Part shown: positions 24,217-36,736 of the stretch, one piece after another
How the letters are laid out: the number at the start of each line of letters is the position of its first letter
Numbering within the stretch: the first letter of the stretch is position 1
DNA from: Eukaryota sp. GEM-RC1
Lineage: Eukaryota
Length of the DNA stretch: 64,000 nucleotides
Direction: 5' to 3'
Assembly: GCA_040285855.1 (NCBI GenBank)
Contig: JAUFOQ010000006.1
Coordinates: forward strand, 1,054,001 to 1,118,000
Notes under the pieces: model-generated
Told to the model about the DNA's origin: nothing
What the model saw: the letters and a program-made list of their open reading frames with translations, nothing else
Database searches by the model: none
Made by a program: the position numbers and the translations under genes

Positions 24217-25575
24217 ATGAAGCTCTTTCTGCGACGCTTACTATCTTTCTTCGATAACACACAGGCTGACCTACTGATCTTTCCTGAAGATCTTCTTGTT
24301 CTGTTATATTATCATGTATTTTCCCGTTTTGTTCACAACAATTGGACTTTCCCTAAAACTAGATCTTTGACGATCTATGAATCTCGTTTCAGACTAAAGT
24401 CTACTGCTACACCTGCAATATTGGTTCTGCAATGTTTTCTCCCCTTTTCACAAGTGTTCCTTTGCATTTCTCAACGGTTCTATTCTCTCCGTTCTTTAGT
24501 TCTACGTCACTTCTTTACAACTAACTGTGTCAGTATCCCCAGTAGTGAATCTAAAAAGGTCAATAATTTTCTGACCAAGTATTACATCATTCCATTAATG
24601 ATTGAAGTCAATGATCTCAATTACCTTCAGTTTCCACTTTCATCTGTTTATTCAGTATCCACAACCAATCTTGATTTCCTCGATCCTAGTTCAGACAATT
24701 TCTGTCATGGTTTGAAGAAACTTGAGTTTAAACCATTGGACTCACTTTTAAATTCTTTTAAGAATTCGTATAATTCAAAATTATCACCCTTTTTTTCAAT
24801 AATTTCTCATTTACTATCATTCACTAACAAGATCACTAGTGGGATCACTAGTTCTAGCACAATTCATTTACATTTATCAGATTGTTCTAGTTTCAAAGTT
24901 ATGTCTATTGTTGGAATTCCTATTAATTCATGTAACCTAGATTCTATTATTGAAGGAAATTGCTTTTCCAGTTTAGAATTTTTAGAATTTTCAAAGAATT
25001 CACTTGGAGATGACGGTGCGATTCGGCTAACCAATCTTTTGTCAAATTTTAAAAGTTTACAGACACTAAGTTTAAGAGACAATTTAATAACACATACAAG
25101 TGCCATTGTTCTCTCAAACAATATTCATTTGACAAATTTGAAATATCTTGATATATCCGACAATGATATTAATCCACACGGTGTTTCTGTTGTCTTAAAA
25201 TCAGCTACAATTAATCTTAATGGACTTTGTTTGAGTGGAATTGGAATTCAAGATGATGAATGCAATGTTCTTTCAACAATTTTAAATGATAACAAAACCC
25301 TTCAATATTTAAATTGTTCGCGAAATGATATAGGAGTTCGTGGTATCATGGCTTTAAATTCTATTTTTGAGAATAATATTTTAAAAGAGCTTGATCTTTC
25401 AAGTAATAGATTGACTACTTTAGGATTTGTATCTCTTTTGACTTCCTTGATTGATTGTACTATGATCCCAACTATTGATGTTTCAGACAATCAAATTTCA
25501 GACAAATATGCTGTCGATTCACTGAAACACTTTAAAATTGATCAAAAACACTTTATTCTTGATACAGATTGTTAA
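24217..25575 (+). CDS. RI-type LRR protein with F-box-like N-terminus
   Basis: C-terminal repeats such as LEFSKNSLGDDGA and LDISDNDI; N-terminal FPEDLL...ISQRFY. Confidence 0.85.
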   Translation: MKLFLRRLLSFFDNTQADLLIFPEDLLVLLYYHVFSRFVHNNWTFPKTRSLTIYESRFRLKSTATPAILVLQCFLPFSQVFLCISQRFYSLRSLVLRHFFTTNCVSIPSSESKKVNNFLTKYYIIPLMIEVNDLNYLQFPLSSVYSVSTTNLDFLDPSSDNFCHGLKKLEFKPLDSLLNSFKNSYNSKLSPFFSIISHLLSFTNKITSGITSSSTIHLHLSDCSSFKVMSIVGIPINSCNLDSIIEGNCFSSLEFLEFSKNSLGDDGAIRLTNLLSNFKSLQTLSLRDNLITHTSAIVLSNNIHLTNLKYLDISDNDINPHGVSVVLKSATINLNGLCLSGIGIQDDECNVLSTILNDNKTLQYLNCSRNDIGVRGIMALNSIFENNILKELDLSSNRLTTLGFVSLLTSLIDCTMIPTIDVSDNQISDKYAVDSLKHFKIDQKHFILDTDC

Positions 25576-25849
25576 TATTCAAGTCTATTTTGTCTATTAC
25601 ATTAAAAAGTAGAGTTATGGAAAATATATCATTTTTGTTCCTACATTGGACCAATTAATTAGCTTTGATGAGGTTCAACTTTTAAACACTTGGGAAAAAG
25701 TTGCTAAAAGTTACTTAGACTTATCATTGTTCATTTCTGGGGCCAAATAAATTATTGTAGAATATTACGATAATTGTTTTCTATTCCATAACGTCACTGA
25801 AATTGGAAGACAAATGTGTAAACAGATTTTAAACCGCTTCTAAGTGGTT

Positions 25850-25995
25850 GCTTTGGAAGTATGGGTACGAACGTTACTGTTGAAAAACGTCATCTTATGC
25901 CGGATAGGGATGAAGTCGTTTGGATTTAGTATGATCTGTTTGTTTTTGTCATTCGTATTTTTGTAGGAATGGTACCTTGTTGGGTTCCGAATAGA
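25850..25995 (+). mobile_element. Short 3'-terminal remnant of the RLE retroelement
   Basis: KYGTNVTVEKRHLMPDRDEVVWI* matches the end of the 44926-45222 ORF, followed by the same tail motif. Confidence 0.7.
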
Positions 25996-27001
25996 ACTCT
26001 TGAACTTCTTTTTATAGGTACGGATAACGTTTACTAGTAATGTAATCGGTCAATTAGGCTCAGAAGTTCATTCGTCCATTGCATTTGTGAATAGTAACTT
26101 CATTGTATCGTGTTTCAAACTTTATTGAATGATACTTAACTTGAAAGCAACTTGTTTAATTCTGCTCATTTACGTGGTTTTGGTTTTATCTAGTCATTAG
26201 CGCTTTGAAAATCTAATTATTTTGGGATGCGAGGCATTTGAAAATTGAATTTCGTTGCAAAATGTATTAATGTTACTTTTTACTCTAAATTCGTCAAGAC
26301 ATTTACTTGACTTAACCAAGCGTTCAGAACATTACTTTCTGATGTTTGGTTTCAGTGCACCCCAGAATATGTTTCTGAAATTCCTTCAAGAAGAATGTCT
26401 ATTGTTCAGTTTTGTCAATCTAACCTATACAACGACTAAAAAAGACTTTTAAAAGCCTCAATTAATAACTGGAATTGGTCACAATCAATAAACTAGGATG
26501 TTACGTTTGAGAGTTCCAATACTAAAATAGTAAAGAATATCATTGTATTGATCGTGAAGTTGCCTGTAATTAGAGCTCAATGATCAACTGACGGAAGATC
26601 TTCATCATCAACTATCAATAGTCTTTTCTCAGTCGGAATCGTAGACAAAACTCTACGAGATCTTGAGCTTGAATTAGTAACGCTTTTACACGAAGACAAC
26701 CCATCGAAATTGTTTTTGGAATTCTGTTCAGCAATAGAGTGTGAAACATCAAACGGTTTTGAAAATATAGAATAAATGAATAAAGAAGGCTAATTCATAT
26801 TATCACAAACGAACTTTTTCACAATTATTTTCAGAAATTTTGAAAAGTCTCAATGGTTGAATTAGTGATTCATCAAATACCTGCTCCTTGGCAATCGTGG
26901 TACTTGATTGAATAAATTAAAATTACACAAAATTTCATGAATGTCTTCTTCAGGGGTGAGAAAAAATATATTTATATTGTATTTATTGCAATAAACAAAT
27001 G

Positions 27002-28161
27002 AAGAGTTTATTTGCAACAATAAATTAATACATGCTGTTTCAGAAAATGAAAGAAGTTAAATTCTCCACATCAACACGAGAATTGTCCCTATACAACTTC
27101 GAATAAATGGAACATAAATACTTCGCAATGCTTCTATAAAGAGCAAACATAATTCGATTAATCCATACAGCGCTATTAAACACCTTGCCATTAGAACGAC
27201 ATAAAAGACTAAAATCACTGAAAAACTTTAAACCGGCTGGACCAATATCACCAAAAAGTGAAATTGCAAATGGAACAAAAGAAAACTTAGAATATAGGTT
27301 TTCATTAAGCTTCTGCAAAGCATCCGCATAATTTGAACACTTTCGCTGTTCAGCCTTTTCCATATGACCATTCGAATCATTCAGTATGGAGTCTTGGTAG
27401 ACTTTTGCAAAAGGGTCAACTGTAGTAAAATCAACCACAACTTGAGATGAATCCAGAAAAGGAGCAATTAAGTCACCACGCCGAGAATCAAACACGTTAT
27501 TGTCACTATAATGTTTCAGAAGAGGTTCAATTTTACAACTATAGTTGTAACGTCACGAACAGCGTTATGTAGAACAGATCGAAATTGCAAAAATTTCTTG
27601 AAACTAACAACATGACGAAACGTGGCTGTAGATCGGTTATCGCAAACACAGATTGAATTATTTAGCAAGCCACTAGGGAATAAACCTAATCGAAGACGCA
27701 TATTTTGCTTCCAAGCATCATTGTTCAAATGTAAACCCAAAGGTCTAGGTTGTTGAGTGATGAAGCTAGAACATTGTTGAATGTCACATAAAAAGCTACA
27801 AAGACGGGATTATCAATCTTAGTCACACTAAGTCTTTTACTAAAATCCAAGTCTTCCAACCCAAGTAATGTAGCATTCTGTAACTTAACTACAGCAAGAG
27901 GTAGAAATTCAATTGACCGATCAGGAATAGATGAAACACTTTTCGGGAAACTTTTGTTCCAAACTTCAATAGGCAAACCTTGAACTAACTCCTCCAAAGA
28001 GTTCAATAAAGCGTAAGAGCCGTCTACAACTGAATCGAAAATATTTTCAAACCGAAGCTTACTCTCAAAAAGAAAGTTCTTCATACCACCAACGAAAGCA
28101 CTTTTACATAAATACTCAGCTCTTGAAAAACCCACACCACCAAATTTTGAACTGAAAAAGG
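27002..28161 (-). mobile_element. 5'-truncated RLE-type non-LTR retrotransposon (CRE/NeSL-like), degenerate
   Basis: GGVGF (post-RT), MRLRLG, C.C..H, HNAVRD, EP, RGDL...VVDFT, KAEQRK, FVPFAISLFG: Zn-knuckle plus PD-(D/E)xK endonuclease end. Confidence 0.85.
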
Positions 28162-28239
28162 CAATAAATATCTATTTATTTATTTATTGTTCTGTGATTT
28201 ACCGACAATATATTTATTGTTGGTCGAAACAATAAACAA

Positions 28240-28302
28240 TAGGAATGTTAAATAGTTCAGTTCAAAAAAGTGTGAACTGAACTGAACTAATTAACATTCC
28301 TA
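28240..28302. mobile_element. 63-bp hAT-type MITE
   Basis: TIR TAGGAATGTTAA / TTAACATTCCTA, 8-bp TSD ATAAACAA (28232-28239, 28303-28310). Confidence 0.85.
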
Positions 28303-29361
28303 ATAAACAATATAATTGCAGTATATTGCAATATATTTAAATATCTTGGTATCCTAATTTGTCTGTTTTTACAGTAATACATTGTGCTATTTTTGAAGAA
28401 ATACAGTGTAAAGTGATTGATTGGAGGTTGCTGAGCACGATACAATTCTATGTGAGTCTTCTTTATGTCTGAACATAAGCAAATTGTTACCCACTACTTT
28501 TCAAATCTGTACTTGACACTATTTGTCCTGCTTAATACGATGGAAACCCAAACTGTTCTGTTGTTTTGCAATTGGCGTTACTCCAAAGAAGTATCTTCAA
28601 TCAGAGTCTTATTCACGACACAATCTATTGAGCTCCTTTAGAACGATGACGAGTCTGAGGAACATTTGATATATCATAAAAAAATGTTAGAGCTGTTTTT
28701 ATCTCATTATTGATACATAGAAACTAAGCAAAATTAACCAATATTTATTGTTTTCGAAAACAATAACAATATATTTATTTCTGTCACAAACAATAACAAT
28801 ATATTTATTTTTATCGAAAACAATAAACAATATATTTAAATATATATTTTAACACCACTGGTCTCTTTCCACAAAGTAATGGAAGATGGAAGATGATGTT
28901 TTTGCAAAATATTCCAGAACCATTTGGTAAATTGTGGAAAATATATGCAAAATTTCAGTATTGTCGTTCACGGCCGAACAACATCAACAAATTTGAACCT
29001 TTCTATTTGTGCATGTCTTTGAGCAAACCTTGCTCGGAGAATAGACTATCCTTAGAATGCTGTAATTAGTAGTTCTTTTCTTGTTTGAGCAATGTACTAC
29101 ACTGTAGCAGTTAATCAGAATCCCCTTTTGATTAAGTGGTTTGACGGGAACTACATTTGCAGTGTTTTTCCTTTAAACGAATAGTTCGGTTGAATAGTCT
29201 AACATCATAGTTCTTGTTGTTATATTCTGGTATGATATTTCCGCATTATTAAGCTACTACACTGTAGTGGGCTGCACCAATTTCTTGACAGGCGTAATAA
29301 ACTGATACTAATTTATTAATCCAATTCACAATAAGTCAATCAATTATAATAACTCAATCAA

Positions 29362-31907
29362 TTATAATCTAGATACACTTTCCCCAAGGGCCAAAGCCAC
29401 CCCTTGAACTTTAGTCCTAATTCGAGCTTGTCCAACAATTCTATCATCAACCTTCTCAATTGAAAGATTCAACAGGGCATCATCTCCAAACACAGACCTT
29501 CCAGATAAATTTAAACACAAAAGCCGATCAGACGCATTAGATACGTCCTCTAACGGAACTAAATTCGTACAATTCATAACAGCAGCCACAAACTCTTGTA
29601 TAGAAGTTATTCTCGAACACACATTCAGCTTATTCTCCCACTCAAACACTGACCATTTCTGCTTAAACTCAGTATCAGCAAGCTTAAAAGGTTTCAAAAG
29701 GAAACAACATCAAGTCTTAAATCCAAAAGAGGAATAAACAATCCTTCGCCCAACTCCACGTGCCCAAAGATTGCGCACGTTTCCAAAGAGCCCACAGTGA
29801 AGACTAATGACAGAAGTTTAGTTTTACCAGCTCCAAGAGAGAAGGGAGGTGGCCTGTGGGTTACTTTGAGATCTCCAGTAGCTTCTACGTTGACTAGAAC
29901 GTTGGAAAAGTTTCGGTCTGATTTGTTTTTGACTAGGAGATCTAAGTGAATCATAAATGATCGTGTTACGAGATAACCTTCCACAATCACTGGAGAATCA
30001 ACTCCAACAAGGTCAAAAATAGCGAGTTTGTCTCCATCATTTTGACCTGTTAGTGGTGAGTTTTGAGCTACTAGTTCAGTAACAGGTATAGGCATTGAAG
30101 AAAGATTGTACAGGGATGAGAAGGAAGGTAATTCGTAGAAGTCTCGTTGACCACCGAATTCCTTAACAATCATCTTTGATTGCTGATCTTCTCCAATCAA
30201 TAGAGCTCCTTTCCACGTGTCACCAATTTTGTCATCAATCAAATCCAGGTCAAAAACACACGTCATGCAGTCGAGAAGTCTAGATGTATAAATGTTACGC
30301 TGATGGCTTCTCAGTTTGAGTTGGGTTGTAACAAACTCAGCGATTAATAGTCGAATATTTTCAAATTTTTCAGAGTTTTCAAATTCCTTGCCCTTATTCA
30401 ATAATTTCACCAAAGTTAGAGCCAAAACAGTAGAAATAAATGACTGAGTATTGAAAGCCATTGAATATAACTCAGAACTACTATCATTAATACATTCTAA
30501 TATAACATTAGCAACATCTAAACAAGATCTTTTGGGGGACAACTCACCAAACAACCAAAGTACAACTCTAAGAGATTTAGTTGACTTAATAGTAGGAAGA
30601 ACTGAAAGAAAACTCGAAGAAATCTCATCAAAAGAGTCAGGACTTTTAATGACGAGAGTTTTCACCAGATTGAGAATTGTTGACGTCATGGGCGATGTGG
30701 AAAGAGTCAAAAATAGATCAATCAAAATTTTTAGAATTTGATTGTTACTTTCTGGAGCGCTATAGAACAACAACTCCAACAAGTCAATAACAAATTTAAC
30801 CACCATTTCTCCACCCTTATCAGGTTTAATTCCAGTGATATTATTCTGTAAAACCTTAGTAATCGAGCTAAACTCAACTCCAGTAAGATTAGCAGCAACT
30901 AGTTTGAGCGCTTTTTCTCTGATTCCGACTGGGATAGAGTAATCACGACAACTGATTAAGGAAACGAGATCAGTAATCACTCTTTTGATTGATGAGGGTC
31001 GATGACGTGATAGTATCTCGAGCCTGGAGAGCACAATTGAAGCTCCTAGTCTACTACTTGAAAGCACAAAGGAGTAGCAATCAAGAGCCTTATTAACGAC
31101 ATTGATTGAACCAGAAGCGGAAAGAAGAGAATCAGAACACTCCAAAAGAACAGCGGGATCCTGACTCTCAAGGAATCCAGCAAGAACACGTAGCCATTCT
31201 GACCTTGATGACGTGTCTCTAGTTGACTTTAGAAGACCGTTGATGATTCTAATGAATACGAGTTGAATCGCGGGATCCACCTGAGTCAGCTCATCTAAAC
31301 GAGAGGAAACAAGTTCGTGAGCATGAGAAGGAGAGAGTTCAGCGATGCAGGCAAAGGAGTTACGGACAACACTGGGGTCGTTTTCCTCTTCAAGAGCGGG
31401 TAGGAGAGTGGAGGGAATGTCAATGAGATCGGGGAACCTTCTGGCAATGGAGTGGATGGCAGTGACAGCGATTCGGCGAACATATGGTTGTCGGTATGAT
31501 AAGTTCTCGAGGATGGCAGGGATTAGCGATGGTAGGAGTTCAGGGCGATCTATTCTTGAAGCGAGTCTGAGAGCGACTCCACGGACAAATTCGTTTTCGT
31601 GGAGAAGATCACCGTGTAAATGGTTGCAGACGAGAGTAGAGTTGGCATCGAAACTGGGTTCGTGAAGAATTGATTCCAAGAAGAGGTAAGAAAGACGTTT
31701 GAGAATTTTGTCACTGTTGGGCAGAATGTATCGTATCCAAGGCATGATTAGTTGGACTGTTTCAGTGGAATGATGTTGAGCCAAATGAAGCAGACTCTTC
31801 ATGGCTCCAATTTTTTCTTCCAAGTTGTCAGCTTGAAAAGCATTCATGATCTGTACAGGGTTTGTGGAAGGTACATCATCAAAGAATTGTACACAAAAGT
31901 CCAACAT
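29362..31907 (-). CDS. COPB1: Coatomer subunit beta (frameshift at ~29697)
   Basis: DLLHENEFVRG..LR, YVRR.A..AI, C-terminal F...W..FEWENK, SVFGDDALLNLSIEK, RIRTK.QG.ALALG. Confidence 0.93.
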
Positions 31908-31949
31908 ATGAGAGTGGGAAATTATTTTGAAGAGAATTTCTTGTGCTCA

Positions 31950-32267
31950 ATGTCATCTACTATATCCAAGCAAACTTATAACGAACTGTTTCAGCATTTC
32001 TATCGTCTGACTCGACAGATAGACAAGAATCAGCAAATGCTGGATACTTCCCTAGATCTGCCTCGTCACAGTTTTGAGGATCTCATAAACTTCTCTCGCC
32101 GTGTTTCAACATCTCTTTCTGCTCCCAAGAACTACGATCCCACCAAGAATCTCACTCCCCATCCTTTCAAATTATTCTATCCCGATGAAGAAACCATTCG
32201 TCGTTCAGTGCTTTTTAATGTACCTGAATCCATTCAGACTTTTATTGATCAAAGTGTAAGTAAGTAA
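31950..32267 (+). CDS. Mediator subunit MED4-like (short)
   Basis: DLINFSRRVS...APKNYDP...YPDEETIRRS resembles the MED4 C-terminal motif. Confidence 0.55.
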   Translation: MSSTISKQTYNELFQHFYRLTRQIDKNQQMLDTSLDLPRHSFEDLINFSRRVSTSLSAPKNYDPTKNLTPHPFKLFYPDEETIRRSVLFNVPESIQTFIDQSVSK

Positions 32268-32643
32268 GTTTTGTTGCAGTTTGTATTCGAACTTTACCAT
32301 GTAATCAGTCCGAGTCAATAACGTTAAATACTTAGTAAAAATTGACCTCAACTTATGTCATTTTCATCGGTGCTGTTTGATGATTTTATTGGTCCAATTT
32401 ATTGTAATTTATTGGACCAATACCAATTTTGATTGGGGCCCAAAATGTTGTAGCAATACTATTGCAGTAAATTGTTGACAGTCCCTGAGCGTAGTATGTG
32501 TACTGAATATATGTTTCTGTAATTTTTTATATATATGTAAACTTAACTAACAATAATATATCCCCCTATCACTCTCGCAAACATCACAGCCAAGGAATAC
32601 GATTCCTAAAATCCAATTCCACAACAATATTCACACATCACTT

Positions 32644-33340
32644 CAGGGATGTTAAAAAATATATTTAAATAAATAAAATATTGTGTGGGCTTGCAATAAA
32701 TATAATGATATTGTGTGGGCTTGCAATAAATATATTGATATTGTCGGGCATCACAATAAATAAATATATTTATTGACCATATTATCTGCTGCAACTTTAG
32801 TACTGGTATAATGTAGAAAAACCGGGTTTATGATCAATTAGTGAACAATTGCTATCGTAGTATAATCTATTCTTCATCTATTACATCCCCATCTTGGTGC
32901 AACAAATCTTGAAAAGGATTGTGGAGGAGAATTCTTCGAACAGTCTCTTCATTCCAAAGTTCGGAGTTGTAGAGTAAAAGTAACTGTTTCTCAAGGCTTG
33001 AAGGGTGTAAACGTGATCGAAGAGTGTCAGTAGTAAGCTTTGCTCGACTGAACAATCTTTCAATTTTGTTCCATGATGGTATGATCAACTGTTTGTATCA
33101 TTGGTTACAAAATTGAGACAGTACTGTACGAATTGAAATGAAGAAAGTTTGATATTTGCAAATGAAAACACAATAATTTGACATGAAAATATATTGTCAT
33201 AATATTGCAATATTTTGCAATATTATTGCATATTGCGATTTGAGACAATAAATATATTGTTGATCCAGCTGCTTACAATAAATAAATAAATAATATTTAT
33301 TGCAATAAATAAAATAAAAATATGTTTTTTAACATCCCTG
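32644..33340 (-). mobile_element. hAT deletion derivative retaining the C-terminal dimerisation domain
   Basis: TIR CAGGGATGTTAAAAAA, TSD CATCACTT (32636-32643, 33341-33348), ERLFSRAK...RSRL.PSSLE..L. Confidence 0.92.
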
Positions 33341-33830
33341 CATCACTTCACGAAATTCATCCAATATTCCCAATCATTGTTCATCACAAACCAATTCATC
33401 ATTTAAATCTAGTATCGACACAACAAAAGTATTGGTCAACGACAACACACTAAAGTACTTGTCCCTGTCATTCAAATGAAAACTCAAAATTTTGGCCATC
33501 ATTATGTTTAAATCTTTTAATAATTGAAGTTTCAATTTCATATTTGGAAGACTGTTTGATGTTGTACCACTTTGGTTCCAGTGTAGTGGTACAGTATAGT
33601 GGACCATTCTAAGAACCTTTGTTTCTGTCTGCATGGAAAACACTGGGAGTATTGTTCAAGTTGTTTTCAAAGTGTGTCTGAAGACCAAGTGAATTTGGTA
33701 TTCTGTTGACAGATTCAGTGTCCTCATGATCTCTAATTTTTTTTTGATAATTTCAAACTAGGTAAATTCGAATTTGGTCTAGAGTATTTCGAGACAATAG
33801 ATTTGGTCTCAATTTAGGCAATGTCGTAAC

Positions 33831-34585
33831 CATGGATGTTAAAAAATATATTTTTATTTTATTTATTGTCAGCAGCTGGGTCAACAATATATTTATTGTC
33901 TTAAATCGCAATACGCAATAATATTGCAATATTGTGACAATATATTTTCATGCCAAATTGTTGTGTTTTCATTTGCAAATATCGAACTTTCTTCATTTCA
34001 ATTCGTACAGTACTGTCTCAATTTTGTAACCGAGAATACAAACAGTTGATCATACCATCATGGAACAAAATGGCTAAAGAAATTTTAGTTGTTCTTTTTT
34101 TTCTTGATGACTATCAAACCAAAACTTGTTGCTGAACATTACTTTCGGCTACTTGATCCACAACCTGTTCGCCCTGCTTCTGCTCGCGGAACTGAACCTT
34201 GGGGATGTGTTGAATGCAAGAAAAAGAACATCGATGTTGTCATCTGGATAGCCGCAAAATCGGGCTATCAAAATCTGTTCTCTCATGTAAAAAGTCTCTT
34301 CAGAGATTATGAACAAGTGATGACTGAAGTAGGGGTGGATAATCAACAAAGCCGTGGTCAAATTTTGATCATAAACCCGGTTTTTCTGCATTATACCAGT
34401 ATTAAAGTTGCAGCAAATAATATTGTCAATAAATATATTTATTTATTGTGATGCCCGACAATACCAATATATTTATTGCAAGCCCACACAATAATTTTTT
34501 TTAAGTAATGAATATAATATTATAAATGTAATAGATCAAACAACTAGAATTTGAATTAATTTAAATATATATTTTAACACGCCTG
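33831..34585 (+). mobile_element. hAT deletion derivative of the same family retaining the N-terminal BED-finger region
   Basis: Ends CATGGATGTTAAAAAA / TTTTAACACGCCTG, TSD GTCGTAAC (33823-33830, 34586-34593), HYF...CVECKK...SGYQNLFSHV. Confidence 0.88.
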
Positions 34586-35062
34586 GTCGTAACTGTTGTT
34601 TTTTTTCAGTTCTGGCATATACATTGTACTTGTTAAAAAATTGTATTCTGAATAGTTTGAAACTTAGCTCTGAAAAACAAATAAACGACAACGCGATAGT
34701 TAATGTTTGAAGAAGTTGAAATATATTATTATAATAAGATATATATATAGAAAAAATACTAAAGCTCCGATACAGCCACTGATCGATGTCCATAATTGGC
34801 CAAACCATCAACAACACGTGTCTTTGGAGATTATGGGGTTATTGGACTGTTTAAAGAAGACGTGTGGTTAAGTCCTTTGGAAGTCTTGAACATGGATTCT
34901 TACTGAAGTGGTTCAAGATTGTGGAAGTTTATCTATATTCTGGTATCATAAAATGTTGTTCGTCAACATTTAAACCACATTCATCATCAGTACATGTACC
35001 TCATTCAATAAATTAAATCTCGATGTAACTCTAACAAAAGTTGCAGTCCCTAATCGAACAAG

Positions 35063-36736
35063 TTATTGAGAGTTGACTGTAGATTTCACCACTCTAGAAC
35101 CCATAAATCTCTTAACGACAAAGAGTTCAGATGGGTGACCATATAATGACAAATTAGCAAAATCTCCACTTCGAATCCGTTTACAGTGACTACGAATTTC
35201 TTTATACAGTTGATCTTCATACACAAGCAAGATCTCACGAAGTTCTCCTTGTTTTCTGACTGATTGATACTCAGGAGGAGGATTAGGAGCGATCGGCCTC
35301 AAAAGTTCAACAAACAAATGACCTTGTTGAGCATCGAAAAACTCAGATAATTTAGAAATACAGGGTGAAAAATCGTCATACCCGAACTCAATTTTCCCTC
35401 TAATAACACGTGTCTGACAGGAAAAGTCGATTTCCAATAACAACGAATACAAAAACATGTAGAAATCATCCGAGGGCATTGAAGGTACGACATCATTTCC
35501 TCTTTGAAACCGAAGTGGGGGAGGTATCTGGGGACGATCTGCCCTTGCTGACGTGATTAACGTTTGTCTGGCATGTGCTGAACTGGAATATTCAAAATCA
35601 ATTAAACACAGAGAGGGATTTCCATTATCCGAATTAAACAAGAAATTGGGCAGTCTGACGTCACCATGAACCATTTTCTCAACATTGGGATCATCACTGT
35701 CGAATTGTTGAACATTTAGAATTTCCTCAAGCGCCAAAAGAACAAATTGATCTAAACGAATAGAATTTGGACTTGGTGCCGTGTCAAACTTTAGAATGTT
35801 TACCCCACCAGGATCAGCAACTGCAAACAACAGTGGAAACACCATAGTCCATTGAGGACCTCGCCCTCTAGGATGCTCGATGATGCTAATCACAGGACCA
35901 CCCAAATGAACACAACCAAATTGAACTGGAGACCCGTCTTCATCAAACTTCACCACAGTGGCTTTACAAGGAGTGGCATTAACCACAAACCACTGGTCAG
36001 TATCATTGACTAAGTGTGAAAGATGCCCATATCCATCATAAGCAAGTAAGTGTGATAGAGTAAGAGATTGATTCTGTTTAATTTGTTCTTGAAGTGCTTT
36101 TTCTACGCCAATGCCATAAGCCGAGACAGCATTCAAAAGCGTAGAAAACCAAGCAGATGTACTCTCAGAATCTTTGGAGGAGTCCTTTGTAGAGAGTTCA
36201 GGTGAGATAGCAACATGAAACTTATTAACCACTCGAATGAATTTCCGAACACGAACCACGCGCATTATTGTTCCAATAATGATAAGTCCATATACTGATT
36301 GATCTTGGGGCATTCCGAGCAATATTGAGTTGGAAACAATAGCATTAACACATTCAATGGCAACTTGTCTCACACAATACCAGTTTGATGAATTTATTCC
36401 TTTTTGATGGGAAGAAGTAGATACGAACCAAAATGAGACGACAAAGTTATCATGTGGTCCACAAATGTACTTAAATGGAGTAGATGCACTCTGTGTGATA
36501 GCATGGTATCTCCGTGATGAACTTTCGCAGTTCCAAAGAGTCCAAATGAAGGAAGCAAGCTCTGCAACCAATCTACCAATTGAGTGTCTCCCACTGCGTG
36601 GAATTGCTAGAGATGAAGTAGAAGCACTCGCCTCACGAGGGACATCATGGAAAAAGGCATCAATTGGTAGTTCTTCAGCATCATTAATAAATTTCAAAGA
36701 TTCTGAGACTACGACATCTGAAGAGCTAAAACACAT
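35063..36736 (-). CDS. Atypical protein-kinase-like protein (start uncertain)
   Basis: MVHGDVRLPNFLF...LIDFEYS catalytic-loop and DFG-like motifs; long open frame. Confidence 0.6.
   Translation of the reverse strand: MCFSSSDVVVSESLKFINDAEELPIDAFFHDVPREASASTSSLAIPRSGRHSIGRLVAELASFIWTLWNCESSSRRYHAITQSASTPFKYICGPHDNFVVSFWFVSTSSHQKGINSSNWYCVRQVAIECVNAIVSNSILLGMPQDQSVYGLIIIGTIMRVVRVRKFIRVVNKFHVAISPELSTKDSSKDSESTSAWFSTLLNAVSAYGIGVEKALQEQIKQNQSLTLSHLLAYDGYGHLSHLVNDTDQWFVVNATPCKATVVKFDEDGSPVQFGCVHLGGPVISIIEHPRGRGPQWTMVFPLLFAVADPGGVNILKFDTAPSPNSIRLDQFVLLALEEILNVQQFDSDDPNVEKMVHGDVRLPNFLFNSDNGNPSLCLIDFEYSSSAHARQTLITSARADRPQIPPPLRFQRGNDVVPSMPSDDFYMFLYSLLLEIDFSCQTRVIRGKIEFGYDDFSPCISKLSEFFDAQQGHLFVELLRPIAPNPPPEYQSVRKQGELREILLVYEDQLYKEIRSHCKRIRSGDFANLSLYGHPSELFVVKRFMGSRVVKSTVNSQ

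Larger units (their letters stand above)
26951..28860. mobile_element. hAT-type element hosting two nested insertions
   Basis: Ends CAGGGGTGAGAAAAAATATA / TATATTTTAACACCACTG resemble the 32644 family. Near-TSD GTCTTCTT / GTCTCTTT. ACAATA subterminal repeats. Confidence 0.7.

Noticed and set aside
32385..32487. Possible additional MITE ending GACAGTCCCTG
   Set aside because: Palindromic ATTGGTCCAAT repeats are present, but no matching left TIR or TSD was found.
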